DNA from: Octopus bimaculoides
Lineage: Eukaryota
Length of the DNA stretch: 48,256 nt
Reading direction: 5' to 3'
NCBI RefSeq assembly: GCF_001194135.2
Contig: NC_068981.1
Coordinates: 144,875,697 to 144,923,952, forward strand
Part shown: piece after piece, positions 23,990 to 36,479 of the stretch
Numbering within the stretch: the first letter of the stretch is position 1
Layout of the letters: every line of letters starts with the position of its first letter
Program-made: the position numbers and the translations under genes
The notes under the pieces: model-generated
What the model was told of the DNA's origin: nothing
The model's input: only the letters and a program-made list of their open reading frames with translations
Databases searched by the model: none

Positions 23990-24354
23990 AATACATACAT
24001 ATATAGATATGTATATATATTATGTGTGTGTATGTTTATTAAATATATATATGCACACATATATATGTATAATATATATGTATACATGCGCATCCATATA
24101 TTTATGGGCGTGTACATGCGTACGTACGTGTGCGTATGTGTGTGTTCGTATGTGTAAGTGCACATGTATTTGTGCGTTTGTTTACAGGTATTATTTACCC
24201 AACTGTATTTCAAGTCTTAAAAATGCATTGACGTACCTTATTGTTATTTCATAGCATTGTTGTCAGAGTCTCGCGTAATACAATAACATGTTCACCTAAT
24301 CAGAGGTATTTGTATTTGCTGGATGTTACAAGGAAAGACTGCTACAGAGCAATT

Positions 24355-24472
24355 ATCACTTTTCAGCTGGCCTTCAGTTTTCTAAGCCCTATAAAAGAAC
24401 TAGGAAGATTGGGCCTCCTGCCAGGTCTTTCGTGACACCTTAAAGCCAGGAACTTTTCAGCAGCCCTTCGTG
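24355..24472 (-). mobile_element. Mariner-derived remnant (TIR plus transposase C-terminal trace)
   Basis: Reverse complement TA-CACGAAGGGCTGCTGAAAAGTTCCTGGCTTT is a mariner-like TIR; GLRKLK resembles the mariner C-terminal helix. Confidence 0.55.
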
Positions 24473-24473
24473 T

Positions 24474-24585
24474 AGATAGATAGATAGATAGATAGATAGA
24501 TACATTTCTTTTATTAGCCACACAGGGCTCAACGAAGATGGGACAAATACAATGTAGAGCTTTTCTTTTTTGGGAGGGGGAAGGA

Positions 24586-24647
<62 letters not shown>
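24474..24647. repeat. Two (GATA)n tracts enclosing a degenerate family-A SINE tail (- strand, ~24503-24560)
   Basis: Direct reading; ATTTCTTTTATTAGCCACACAGGGCTCAAC resembles the tail at 44512. Confidence 0.8.
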
Positions 24648-24649
<2 letters not shown>

Positions 24650-26468
24650 AGCAATAAGAAGACAATGAGTTTAGCTCACTTTAGGATGAAAATATTCTTT
24701 TGGTACTACTCTCTAAATGATACCATGTGAAAAGTTGCGACGGTAGCTTATGATTTCAAAGTGTTTTGGCAGCTAAATCTAGCATAGGTATGTTTGTATA
24801 TTTATGTATATATTTGTGTTTCTACAGTCTTTTGCTTGAAATTTCAAAACATTTATACTTACTACAATAAATTACCCTATTTAGATTCATATCATTTCAG
24901 AGTAGCTTTGGAGTGGTTGTTCAGCCTCAGGTCAACCGCAGTTAAACGAACCTTTAAAGGTTTGTAATTGAGCGACCTTTAAAAGCTTTTTGTGTGTCTT
25001 GTTTTCAAGTATAGCGTTTCCAAGATAACATTATTGAATGGGCCTTCAATTTTTCATGATGTTAGGTTATGATTTCAGAAATATTCCGCTACAAATTCTA
25101 GCAGTTAAATTGACCACTCAGAAACTCCCTCATTGGCTAGCGTAATCTAAGGTTAACGAATGCTTGTACTGATAGCATTGAGAAATCCATAGCCAGATAC
25201 GACCCTACATAAGTCAACCTGAAACTGTTTCAGACAAATTCTCTATCATCCAAATTTGTCGTCAGAACCAGTCCTCCTTCTTCAGTGATGTATTTTGTGC
25301 AGCAGTCTTTTCGCATAAAATTCATTATGAATTGTTATCTTATCATACAATATATGTAAGTATGACAGTGTTACAAATTATATATTATATTTACGTGAAA
25401 TATAATTGTGAAATGTCTCCTAATAAGATATATCTCTAACATACTTACACATAATCAAAAAATATAAATTAGCTGGTATTTAATCATATCATTTGAGAGA
25501 ATAAATATGTCTTGTACACAATATGTTAAATTTACTACATTATTTCTACATTGAAGTTTAGTGATATGAGTATATGGATATTACTCATGTATTAAAATAT
25601 ATAAGATTTAAAATGTGCTTCAGATTAAACAAATATGTTGTACTGTGTTAAACATCTGCCACTTTATAGAAACTTTCGAACTTTACATCATTAAATAATT
25701 AAGTTTAAATTTATGTAAGGTATCAGTCATAACATTAGCAGTCGATTGCTAACAGTGCAAAATTCCGTAGAACATCTGGCACATATCTTTTTATAATTAA
25801 AGGCTGAGATTCAAAGACAACATATCAACATGTTATATAGCGACTTGAGATATTTTTAACGGGGGAAAATCTGCAAAGAGTTCCGAACGTCAAATAGAAT
25901 GCTGATATCAACAACTGCAAATTTCTGGCAAAAACAAAATCCACGGGTATTTAGTCTTCATTACCAAAAACAAAACAACTCCGATCACTAGATTTTGTGA
26001 AGATGGTGCCAGACATAAGAATGCTTCAGCAAGCCCGGCAGTCTCAACCAAAAAGTCACCATACGTAAAGATTACTCATTCATGTACGTAAATGGCCTCT
26101 AACTGAAAACAATGATGACCGTCACGTGGTAGTAGCGGCAATGAAGGAGAAGATCGAACAGAAACATCTAAACATAGAAACATCTAAAAAGAACTCTAGT
26201 AAATAGTGTTGCACTGATAACCAGCAGCCATTTTGATGTGGCGACTGGCTTTACTGTTTAGTATACACTATCTCTTCTTGAGATTTTATAACAAGTGACT
26301 TTGCTTGTTGCAAATCACTGACCAAGCGATAACTCATTTTGGCAATCGCTCCAGCATGGAGGTGCTCGCAACTGAGGACCAGCCAAATAGCTCGAAACTT
26401 AGTCAGTTCCGCGATCCTGTTAACTGCTAGAGGCTAGGAAGCGTTTGCGCCCCCTACCAACTATTGTT

Positions 26469-26505
<37 letters not shown>

Positions 26506-26512
26506 TTGGGTG

Positions 26513-26575
<63 letters not shown>

Positions 26576-26731
26576 GTATATATATATATATATATGNNNN
26601 NNNNNNNNNNNNNNNNNNNNNNNNNNNNNNNNNNNNNNNNNNNNNNNNNNNNNNNNNNNNNNNNNNNNNNNNNNNNNNNNNTATATAGATATATATATAT
26701 ATATATATATATAGATATATATATATATAGA

Positions 26732-26766
<35 letters not shown>

Positions 26767-26801
26767 GGATGACGTACATATACATATTTATTTCTCAGAT
26801 T

Positions 26802-26832
26802 TATATTAGATGACTTGAAGTCATCTAATATA
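26802..26832. repeat. Perfect 15-bp inverted repeat with 1-nt spacer
   Basis: TATATTAGATGACTT-G-AAGTCATCTAATATA. Confidence 0.95.
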
Positions 26833-27230
26833 GAATCCACAAGACTGCATCCACGACATTTAGCTGTTTGCATGAGGAATTACTTTTATGAAATTTTCCA
26901 GGAAGACCACGGTCTTTTTGAATGACTGATTACCTAGTACTTCAGAGACGAAGCCTCTTGATATTTTTTTCGAAACGAGTCAGCTCAAGTTAATAGTATG
27001 CAAGAAGTGGCTCTAAACTACCGATGAACAGAAGGTGGCGTACAAAATTATTTTGTATTTGCGTACAAAATTATCAGTGTAGGTATATTAATTAGTATAG
27101 GCACTCTCAGAAGATGTTAAATTCAGGCATTCAACGCAGTCAAAAAGTAAACAAATGTTGAACGATAGCAATATTACGGCATTGTAGATATTTAAAACTG
27201 TTACTTCGGACATTTATATATTTTCTTTTA

Positions 27231-27477
27231 ATCTTTTATTTGATTCAGTTATTAAATTGCGGCCATGCTGGGGTGCCGCCTTGGATTTTTAGTCGACTGA
27301 ATCGACTCCATTACATTTTTTTTTAAAGCCTAGTACTAATTCTATCGGTCTCTTTGCCGAACCGCTAGTTCATCGGGACGCAAACACACCAATATCGGTT
27401 GCCAAGCAGTGGTGGGGAGTACAAGCACAAAGACACACACACACACACATACATACATACATACATACATACATACA

Positions 27478-27527
<50 letters not shown>

Positions 27528-27747
27528 AAGAACGATATTATTTCTAGAACTAGTAACGTTGGTGGCCGCGAGCGTAAAGCTGTAAAGGCAAATACATACG
27601 ACGGGCCGTCTGTCGAATCCACTCACAAATGTTTGGTCGACCCGAGTTATAGTAGAAAAGACTTGACTAAGGTACCACGCAGAGGGACTGAATCCAGATC
27701 CACGTGGTTGGGAAGCAAGCTTCTTACCACACAGTCACGCCTGTGCC
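27231..27747 (-). mobile_element. Family-B SINE, full length, with extra ~60 bp inside its internal microsatellite
   Basis: Head GGCACAGGCGTGACTGTGTGGTAAGAAGCTTGC, GGATTCAGTCCC, tail GCATGGCCGCAATTTAATAACTGAATC. Confidence 0.87.
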
Positions 27748-28136
27748 TATAGTCATATTCATTATATTTTTTCTGTAATTCTGGTCATTTAAATAAATTA
27801 TTTTGGTTATTTTTGATATAGATTTATATACAATTTTATCTATTCTATACGTTGAGTTTGTTACATAAGTGAATTTTATGACATGAGCAGAGTGAATACG
27901 ACCCCCTGTCCCTCACCCCCATAATAATATTCCGATATCACTTCTACTGTAATGCAAATCAGTGCGTACTTGCTATGGTGAATAGCGTGTGCATAATGTG
28001 TTACCCTCTTGATATCTCTGCGGCGACTATAAAATGCAGATGAAACATTACGTTACTGATATATTGCTGAAGTTTATGAAAATCAATACTGCCTACTAAT
28101 TAAAATGAACAGTGAATTGAGAAAAAGAAATGTGTC

Positions 28137-28179
28137 AAAAAATATGACTAAATATGTGTCATATTTAGTCATATTTTTT
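28137..28179. repeat. Perfect 20-bp inverted repeat with 3-nt spacer
   Basis: AAAAAATATGACTAAATATG-TGT-CATATTTAGTCATATTTTTT. Confidence 0.95.
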
Positions 28180-30234
28180 ACAAATCCTGTGAGTATATCT
28201 AAGCAGTCAAATTCTTAACAAAGACCTGCTAGCAACAAATAATATATTTTACGAACAGTAGAGACAATTTAGATATGTGTCAAAATATGTAATGGATTAG
28301 GAGACACGTCAATGGCTTCGAAATATTGATTTAATATATTAGTAAATAGCTTCAGGTATATAAATGAGGAGATATTACTTTGTGTGATTTGTATAAATTT
28401 CCAATGATCTTAACTCTACCAAGCAGTTTATAATGAATAATCAAAAGCTGTATGGTGCTTCCAATCGGACATAATTATATTGTTGCTGTTCAAAAATTAA
28501 GAATCACTCTGCTTAATTAAGTATTTATGAAATATTTTAATAAAAATTTGAGTTAAAATATGTTTCATGACATGAATACATAAAAATAGAAATGGGGAGA
28601 TGAACATGAGCATGAATAATTTAAATGTATCATAGTAAACATCCTTCACGATAATCATTTAGTAACCCTGATGCTTTATATTGTTAGATATCTAATTCCC
28701 GCTTAATAAGTTAAATCAAATAGTATTATATGCATGATTAAAGGGAGCAGTTGCTTTGTAAATGTCAGAATCCTTTAAATTAATTAAATCTTATTTCAAC
28801 TCCTTGATGATTAACAATTCACTACCTATAGATTACTACAAACCACGCATGCATCAAAATTCAATAAAGTCTAAGAATGTATACATTAGATTTCTAATAA
28901 TCAGCAGCATCAATGAGCATTATAGAAAGCGTTAGTATAATCTATGTCTTTGGTCATGAAACTCATAATTGCAATTACCGTATATAATTCACTCTTGTAG
29001 ACAGTGACCGTCATAGTGAATACATGGAAGCAATTTTTCATCAAATGCGATATCGATATTCAAAATAGACATTAAACACAGATTTGGTCTCGATATTAAG
29101 CACGAAGATTCTATAAAAATAGATCGTAAATATAAACGGAAGAAATAACGTCGAATTATTAAGTTAGAATTTGAGTTATAGAACATAGCATTATAAGTCA
29201 TCCGTCTAAGCTTATAAATAAACTTTGGCATGTATTTTATACAAATACAGAGTCGATTATTTAAATAATAAAGTTTTTTTTTTTTCTGAAATGAGAAGGT
29301 GCATACAGTATCTTACAGAACCGATTTCCAGGAAATTCAAGAAAATGACAATGGCATAATCTTTTAGTTTTATTTCACTGTAACTGTAAAAAGGTCAAAT
29401 GGATAAGATACGATGCAAGATGTTCTTCACTTCACTGAGAAATCAATAAAGAAGACTCTTCATGTCAACCCATTCTCATTGAGATGCATTAGATATTATA
29501 GTGCTAGATACTCATAAACAGACGGTACGATCTAAAGATTGATCGCTTTTGACGATCATAGGTCTCTCGGTTGATCTGGGGGTTATGCAACATCAACAAC
29601 ACCCCCAAAAAATAGATAATTCTAAACACTTTTTAAAAACCTTATCTCTTCTTAAAAGACAAATTCATTATTTATACATTATACATTGTCATTCTCCATT
29701 CAAACTGAGCACTTTCTGTATAACACCGCTATTTGTATTATTTTCAATATTTATTAAATGTGTGCCTTCTATACATAGGCTAAATGAGATGATTAAATAA
29801 GCTTAGAGACATTTCCTTTCCTTGACTTTCATTTTCGTTTATAAGAAATGTTCTTCCGCTCTCGCAGGTTTCTTTCATTTATCTATTTTCTGTTAACCTG
29901 AGATTTTATCCGATTTCTTCCGTTTTTCTTCACCTTATTTCTTTCTTTAATATTTATGTGGGAGGAGGAAAGCTTAGAGAATATTTTATAACGCCTCAAG
30001 CCAGAAATGCGATGGAAAACATAATCTGAACATAGCCATTTTTAAAAATGGCATTTATATTTAAACGCACACACACATATAGCTAGTTAAATAGCTAGAT
30101 AGATAGACAGACTGACACACACTCAAACACACAGACAAATATAACTCTACTTACAAATACATACTGATATACATACATACATACATACATACATACATAC
30201 ATACATACATACATACATACATACGGTTTCTATA

Positions 30235-30350
30235 CTTTCAAATTCCGCCAAAGTCGATTTTGTCATGCATCCTTTCCGAAATCGGTAAATTAAGAACCAG
30301 AATTGGAGTTCATGCACTCGACTAACCCGCTTCCCTGAAAATTTCAGCTA
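30235..30350 (+). mobile_element. Family-A SINE, 5'-truncated
   Basis: TCAAATTCCGCCAAAGTCGATTTTGTCATGCATCCTTTCC...AATTAAGAACCAG. Confidence 0.7.
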
Positions 30351-30375
30351 CCAATATTACAAATAATTATTATAA

Positions 30376-30739
30376 TACATTATTTACATTATTTACATTT
30401 GACGGATATTCGTCCTCATCTTGTTTGTTGTTAACACAACGTTTCGGCTGATATACCCCACGGGCATATGGCGTAGTGGNNNNNNNNNNNNNNNNNNNNN
30501 NNNNNNGTAATAATAATAATAATAATAATATAATAATAATAATATAATAATAATAATAATAGTAACATCGATAGGAATGAGAACCCAGGTTCGAAATTTC
30601 CCCAAGACACCTGACGAAGGCTGGAGGGCATATCAGCCGAAACGTTGTGTTAACAACAAACAAGATGAGGACGAATATCCGTCAAATGTAAATAATGTAA
30701 ATAATGTAAATAATTCCTCATCCCTTAAATATAGAACTG
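30376..30739 (+). mobile_element. Short non-autonomous element: Pol III A-box head, (TAA)n, hammerhead-bearing Penelope-like tail, 5' inverted duplication
   Basis: 30376-30454 is the exact reverse complement of 30630-30708 (79 bp); TGGCGTAGTGG (30469-79) fits the TRGCNNARYGG A box; a gap 30480-30506 hides the expected B box. Confidence 0.75.
30606..30651 (+). ncRNA. Minimal type I hammerhead ribozyme motif (Penelope-type)
   Basis: Stem I GACAC/GTGTT; core CTGACGA (30611-17) plus one extra A; stem II GGCTG/CAGCC with 10-nt loop; GAAA (30639-42); palindromic AACGTT stem III; predicted cleavage after GUU (30646). Confidence 0.8.
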
Positions 30740-30766
30740 AATTATTATAATGATTACTACTACTAA

Positions 30767-30945
30767 GGCGGTGAGCTCACAGAATCGTCAGCACACCGGA
30801 CGAAATGCTTAGTGGTATTTCGTCTGCCGCAACGTTTTGAGGTCAACTTCCACCGAGGTCGACTTTACCATTCATCCTTTCGAGGATCGACTGTCCCCCT
30901 CCCCTCAAAATCCAGGCCTTGCGCCTATACTAGAAATGATTATTA
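30767..30945 (+). mobile_element. Family-A SINE with internal deletion
   Basis: GGCGGTGAGCTCACAGAATCGTCAGC head, central domain, ATTATTATT tail. Confidence 0.88.
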
Positions 30946-30958
30946 TTACTATTCTTAA

Positions 30959-31175
30959 GGCAGCGAGCTGACAGGATCGTTAGCACAGCTGGCAAAATAC
31001 CCAGCGGCATTTCGTCCGCTTTTACGCTCTGGATTCAAATTCTGCAGAACTCGACTTTTCATTCCATCCTTTTGATGTCGATAATATAAGTACCAACTGA
31101 ATACTAGAGTCGGTGTAATTAACTTATCCCCTCCCCACAAATTTCAGACCTTGTGTCTATAATAGAAAAGATTAT
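30959..31175 (+). mobile_element. Family-A SINE
   Basis: GGCAGCGAGCTGACAGGATCGTTAGC head, GGATTCAAATTC, ATTATTACT tail. Confidence 0.87.
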
Positions 31176-31436
31176 TACTATTATGGCTAAACTGAAGGTG
31201 GGACACTGCATGAAGAGAAGAGCAGACGTCGTCATCTATACACAGTTTCTGCTGTTTGAGGTCACTTTCAGTGCCCGCACTTCACTGGATCTGCCTCTCT
31301 CGTATCGTTTTTGTCAGCCATATGTGTTGTTATGATAACCAATGTGCTGGAGACAAACGAGGAGGAATGTCCTGAATCGTTGTTGTTATCCTCATTGATG
31401 GGCCGTCATAAGTAAGCAACCTAGAAAGCACTATTA

Positions 31437-31655
31437 TAGCAGTGCACTGGCAGAATCAGTAGCACACCGGCCTAAATACCTTGCGGCACCTCTTCCGTCT
31501 GTACACTCTGAATAATCCACCGAGGTCGACTTTGTCTTTCATCTTTTCGGGGTCGATAAAATAAATACCAGTTGCGTGTAGGGGTCGATGTAATTGACTA
31601 GATTCTTCCCCTAAAATTTCAGGCCTTGTACCTATAGCAGAAATGATTATTACAA
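31437..31655 (+). mobile_element. Family-A SINE
   Basis: CTGGCAGAATCAGTAGC, GAGGTCGACTTTGTCTTTCATCTTTTCGGGGTCGATAAAATAAATACCAG. Confidence 0.87.
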
Positions 31656-31944
31656 CTACTTTTATTATGAATTTTTACGTTAACAGGAAGACACAATTTG
31701 AAGGAAGAGCAGTGATAGATTGTAAATGTCATATCAATGGGGCCACAAGCTATAAATACAGGTTTATATTACCTGTATAAATCCATAAGCGTAGCAGAAA
31801 AGAATAGTTTCCTGCACGTAGTATTTAAGTTGCACTTATTTTAACAAACGTGAAACTGGACACTGAAATTTGAACTCAGAACGTTATATGAAGAAACGTA
31901 AAGAATTTTGTCTGATATCCTGTCGCAACGAACAATTGTTACAA

Positions 31945-32142
31945 GGATAGGAACAAGGGCTAAACTTTTGAGAGTATAGGGGTCAGTCCATGCTATGGAG
32001 CTTAGTATTTAACTGGTACTTCATTTTACCAACTCCGAAAGGCTAAAAAGCAACGTTGACTTCGGTGGTATTTAAAACCAGAATATAAAGCGCTAGAAGA
32101 AATACTGTATAACATTTTCTCCGATACTACGTGATCACCGCC
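31945..32142 (-). mobile_element. Family-A SINE, degenerate
   Basis: CTGGTACTTCATTTTACCAACTCCGAAAGG..GCAACGTTGACTTCGGTGG resembles the reverse complement of the central domain. Confidence 0.72.
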
Positions 32143-32153
32143 TTTACAGCCGC

Positions 32154-32204
<51 letters not shown>

Positions 32205-32239
32205 CAACAACATCAACAACAATAATAAGAAGAACAACA

Positions 32240-32445
32240 ACCTTTACAATATTGGCACCAAGCCAGAATTTAATGGGAGGAAAGTGTCAATTAAAATGAC
32301 GTGAGTTGTAGAACATTTTATCGAGTGAGAAAGGATGAAAGACAAAGTAGATTCTTGGCGGGATTTATTCTTACAAGGTAAACAGACGTAACAAAATATT
32401 TCTAATCAACGGTTCTGTAACTGACAAATACTAGGCTCCACCTAA
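32240..32445 (-). mobile_element. Family-A SINE, degenerate, after (AAT)n(AAC)n at 32157-32239
   Basis: ATTTTATCGAGTGAGAAAGGATGAAAGACAAAGTAG. Confidence 0.72.
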
Positions 32446-32617
32446 AATATTAAGGAATTTTTTTTAACCACAGTCTTTATTAATGAGAAGATAAAATACT
32501 TTTTATCAATAGAGTTCTTCTTTCTTTGTCAAGGAGTTAGACAGGGTTTTTTAAAAGTTGGAAGTACAATAAGCTGTAATTTAATGCAATTCAAGCGAAA
32601 CTAAAATATTTCCATAA

Positions 32618-32817
32618 ATAATAATAATAATCCCTTTTATTATAGGCCTGAAATTTTTAGGGTGGGAAGTATTCGATTACATCAACCTAGTGTTCAGTTG
32701 GTACTTAATTCATCAACTTTGTAAAGGTGGAAGGCAATCTGACGGAATTTGAACGTAAGGACAAATGAAATGCCGCTAAGCATTTTCTCCGGTGTGCTAA
32801 CAATTCTCCTCATTGCC
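32618..32817 (-). mobile_element. Family-A SINE
   Basis: GAAATGCCGCTAAGCATTTTCTCCGGTGTGCTAAC resembles the reverse complement of the head; AATAATAAT tail. Confidence 0.82.
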
Positions 32818-33029
32818 TTGGATTATTACCCATGTATTTTAATGTTTTTACTTGCTTTATTTATTTCTTTTCTTTTTTTCACATAACTTCATTTCATTTT
32901 GAAATTAACAATCTGGTGTGTTTAGTTTAATGGCCTATCAATGTATACAATGAGCTTGAGTTTTTGTGCCCTATATGTCTAGAAGACACTCGACAAGAAA
33001 AGGAAAGGAAGTAGGAAAAAGAATAAGAC

Positions 33030-33084
<55 letters not shown>

Positions 33085-33990
33085 GGACGCTATTCGTACT
33101 ACGAAATCGGATTTGAAGAAATGCGTTGTGTGCAGTAAAGAAAGAATACTATCCAAAAGTAGAAATACCCCAAAATTACTGAAGCAGTTCAAGAATACAA
33201 GAATAGAAGGGCGAAGGCCAGAAGAAATATCTGGAAGAAAAAGAATTACAATCGTCAGTTTGTGCAACAAATTTTGGGTATTGGAAATAAAAAACGCTGG
33301 TTGTGGTTGAAGGATGGAAACCGGAAACGAGAAACCGAGTCATTAATTATAGCCCCTTAGTATCAATACTTAAGAACGAATTTCATAAAGACAAATATTA
33401 AGGAAACTGAATCAGAGAGCAAATATACACTGTGTGAAAAATGAAACGAAAGTATCAACTATTTCTTAAGTGAATGCAGTAAGTTAGGCACAGATATAAC
33501 TCTGTCTCTTTAAAGAGTGCATTGGAATCTTAGCCGAGTGTGTGATTCACAGTGACAGAAAATTGATATGAACGCGAGCCAATGTTCGCGATGGTGAACA
33601 ATAATTACATGATTTTATGTGATTTCCCCACGAAGACTGACCATACTATGAAAGTAAGAAGATCGGTTATAAATGTAGAAAACAAGAAAATGGGCTCAAT
33701 ATAGATCATAGACTTTGCAATACCGTATGATAATAGAGTGGATATCAAGGAAATTGAGAAACAGAAATATCAGGATGTAGGCAGAGAGATGAAGAGATTG
33801 TGGAAGACGAAGGTGACAATTGTTCTAGTGGTATTTTATGATACCCAAACTGCTGCCTAAGACTATATTGCAATTGAGGCACCTATTGTCGACCGGCAGG
33901 AGAGTGCCATTCTGTATTCTGCAACTATCCTTAAAAAAAATAGTTTCAAATATTATAACTGTGTCATGTGTCATTTGATTTGACTGCCTT
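33085..33990 (+). mobile_element. R4/Dong-clade retrotransposon 3' fragment (knuckle plus RLE), decayed, directly after (TAA)n 33031-33084
   Basis: RWLWLKDGN..RETESLII; LRTNFIK; LSECSKL; VHWNL; IIDFAIPYDNRVDIKEIEK.KYQD..REMKRLW; QESAILYSATIL. Confidence 0.87.
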
Positions 33991-35270
33991 GACTGTATGC
34001 ATAGAAATCAGGATATTGAACTCAAAATGTCGGTATAGTTGTATGATTAAGAGAGCAAAAACATCTCATTGCAGAAGTATCTGCTATCATAACCATGAGT
34101 TAACCAATAATTTGTAAGTGAAATTTGAGAATCCTCTATTCAAATTGTAGCTTACTAGGACGATGAGATAAATTTTAGGTAAATTGTTAGGGTCAATGTA
34201 TTCAACAAGACTCTTAAAGGCTCTTGCATGCCTGCAATCCTATTATTGAAATCAATAGGAGAAAAAAAAGGACATACTGCCAAGTACTTTGCCAGGTCTT
34301 TCGCCGATTGTCTTATTCAGCGACCTTGTATTTATATATCATTTATATATCATATAAAGAATGTACATAATGATCTTAACGTTTCATTGGGTCAGTTTTA
34401 ATTTAAATTTGTATGATATTGGTATATTCCAGCAGCATAGATTTCTATATGTATAATGATGTTTCAATTACATTCATAATTGTTTATGCTAGAATGAAAG
34501 CTGCCTATTGATTGAGCCTGATACTACAATTGCCCACACATTTTTTTTCTGCAAAGTTTAGTTATCCCGTAACTCGCAGCAGTCACTAGAAAACGTCACT
34601 TGCAATACTATGTTCAACAAATCAAATTATGATTTATTTGTCAACAAACACTAAATTAAATATTATATTTTTTAGAAACGTGTTCATTTAGATATCAGAA
34701 TCTCTACATTTTCACATCATTTAGAATATGCTTTTACGAGTTTTAAGACCTTAATGCATACATTTTACTCCAGCTGAGTTTTCCGGGCTCGATTTTATTA
34801 GAGAGTTGTGAAGAACACTTTCGAATTTATATTCTGAATTCTCTAATTGTTACACTTTCACTTTTCTGCAACAATTTCATAGACTGAATTAAACTTCCTA
34901 TTAAAGCCTGTTCTTTAAGTTTCACCTTGTCTCATTTGCACGTTGAATTGCAGTATTTATCTATTTTAAGAGCCTTTGAATCAATGTTAAGAAGTAGCTT
35001 ATATTTTTTGTCACTAATATCGTATCATAATATACCACTTATTTGCTTTATGTCTGATGTTCTTGCATAAAAGAGCAGCTCCATACTCGCTATAAATCTG
35101 GTTAATATTTGCATGATACTCAAAATAATTTATTTCTCGGTGGAATACTTTGGCGGTACCGTAACGACACGTGCAGGTGTCCTTGACCGCAACATCTACA
35201 TGCAGATATTCTCCAATCGTTCGTCATTCGTTTCTGTCTGCCGTCATTCACACTCTCTGCTCATTCACTA

Positions 35271-35330
<60 letters not shown>

Positions 35331-35337
35331 ACTGCTG

Positions 35338-35394
<57 letters not shown>
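35271..35394. repeat. (CTA)n interrupted by (CTG)n
   Basis: Direct reading. Confidence 0.97.
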
Positions 35395-35827
35395 TGCCCA
35401 CACCTTTAAAACGTCTCAAACTCCTGAAATTTCCTCTCTACTCATGCTTTCCCTGCCGTTAACCAGAAAGATCAATCACTTCAATCTCACCAACTATAGA
35501 TATGGGCCTTCATTCCACTCTAAAACATACGAAACGAAACAAGACACATTAAATACTACTATAGTCACAGAATTATCACAGTTGGAACCTCTTAGTTGAT
35601 AAATGTAACGGAAATGAGGTTAGCCTAGATTAAGCAAGATCTAACGCTACGACCGCTTAAATATACATAACAAATATGACAAATCATTTTTGTGTACCGA
35701 TCTTCTTAAGAATGTATAGAAGTATTTCTTCCCGCTTAATCTCTTTCTTTTGTTTTCTCTCTCTCTCTCTCTTTCTCTCTCTGTATCTCTGTATCTCTGT
35801 ATCTCTACATACATACATGCATACATA

Positions 35828-35880
<53 letters not shown>

Positions 35881-36159
35881 ATATATATATATATATCATG
35901 TGTGTGTGTGTGTGTGTGTGTGTGTATAAAACGTAATTTAGAGTCAGTTGAATTAGGTACTTAAATTGAAGCACCTTGTTAGGACGAAATTTTTTGCACA
36001 TTCACACATGAGGTGAGTATCAAATTCTACATAGAATGTTTTTCTACCCGATATTCATGTAGTGTATGCAGATGGCATGGTCCAACTTAGTGAATAAATC
36101 CACTCTTGCTTGTTCAGACATGTACTTAATATAAAAATGCTTTCCAAATACTTCCGAAG

Positions 36160-36432
36160 TGTGTCTGTGTGTGTGTGTGTGTGTGTTTGGGTGTGTGTTT
36201 GCGTGTGTGCGTGTGTGTGTGCGTGTTTGTATGCTTGTGTTTGTCCCCCCAACATCACTTGACAACCGATGCTGGTGTGTTTATGTCTCCGTAACCTAGC
36301 GGTTCGGCAAAAAATACCAATAGAATAAGTACTAGGCTTACAAAGAATAAGTCCTGGGTTCGATTTGTTCGACTAAAAAGGCGGTGTTCCGGCATGGCCG
36401 CAGTCAAATGACTGAAAGAAATAAAAAGAAAA
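36160..36432 (+). mobile_element. Family-B SINE 3' half
   Basis: (TG)n then TTTGTCCCCCCAACATCACTTGACAACCGATG...GCATGGCCGCAGTCAAATGACTGAAA. Confidence 0.9.
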
Positions 36433-36479
36433 ACAAATCTCTCTAGGTATTGATTTTATTTTCTTATCTATTTATTGTA

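Noticed and set aside
30035-30052. 18-bp palindrome GCCATTTTTAAAAATGGC
   Set aside because: Mostly a T5A5 run in AT-rich DNA; low information
34150-35090. Possible degraded LINE ORF2 on the minus strand
   Set aside because: Only vague motif echoes with many stops; cannot be supported without alignment
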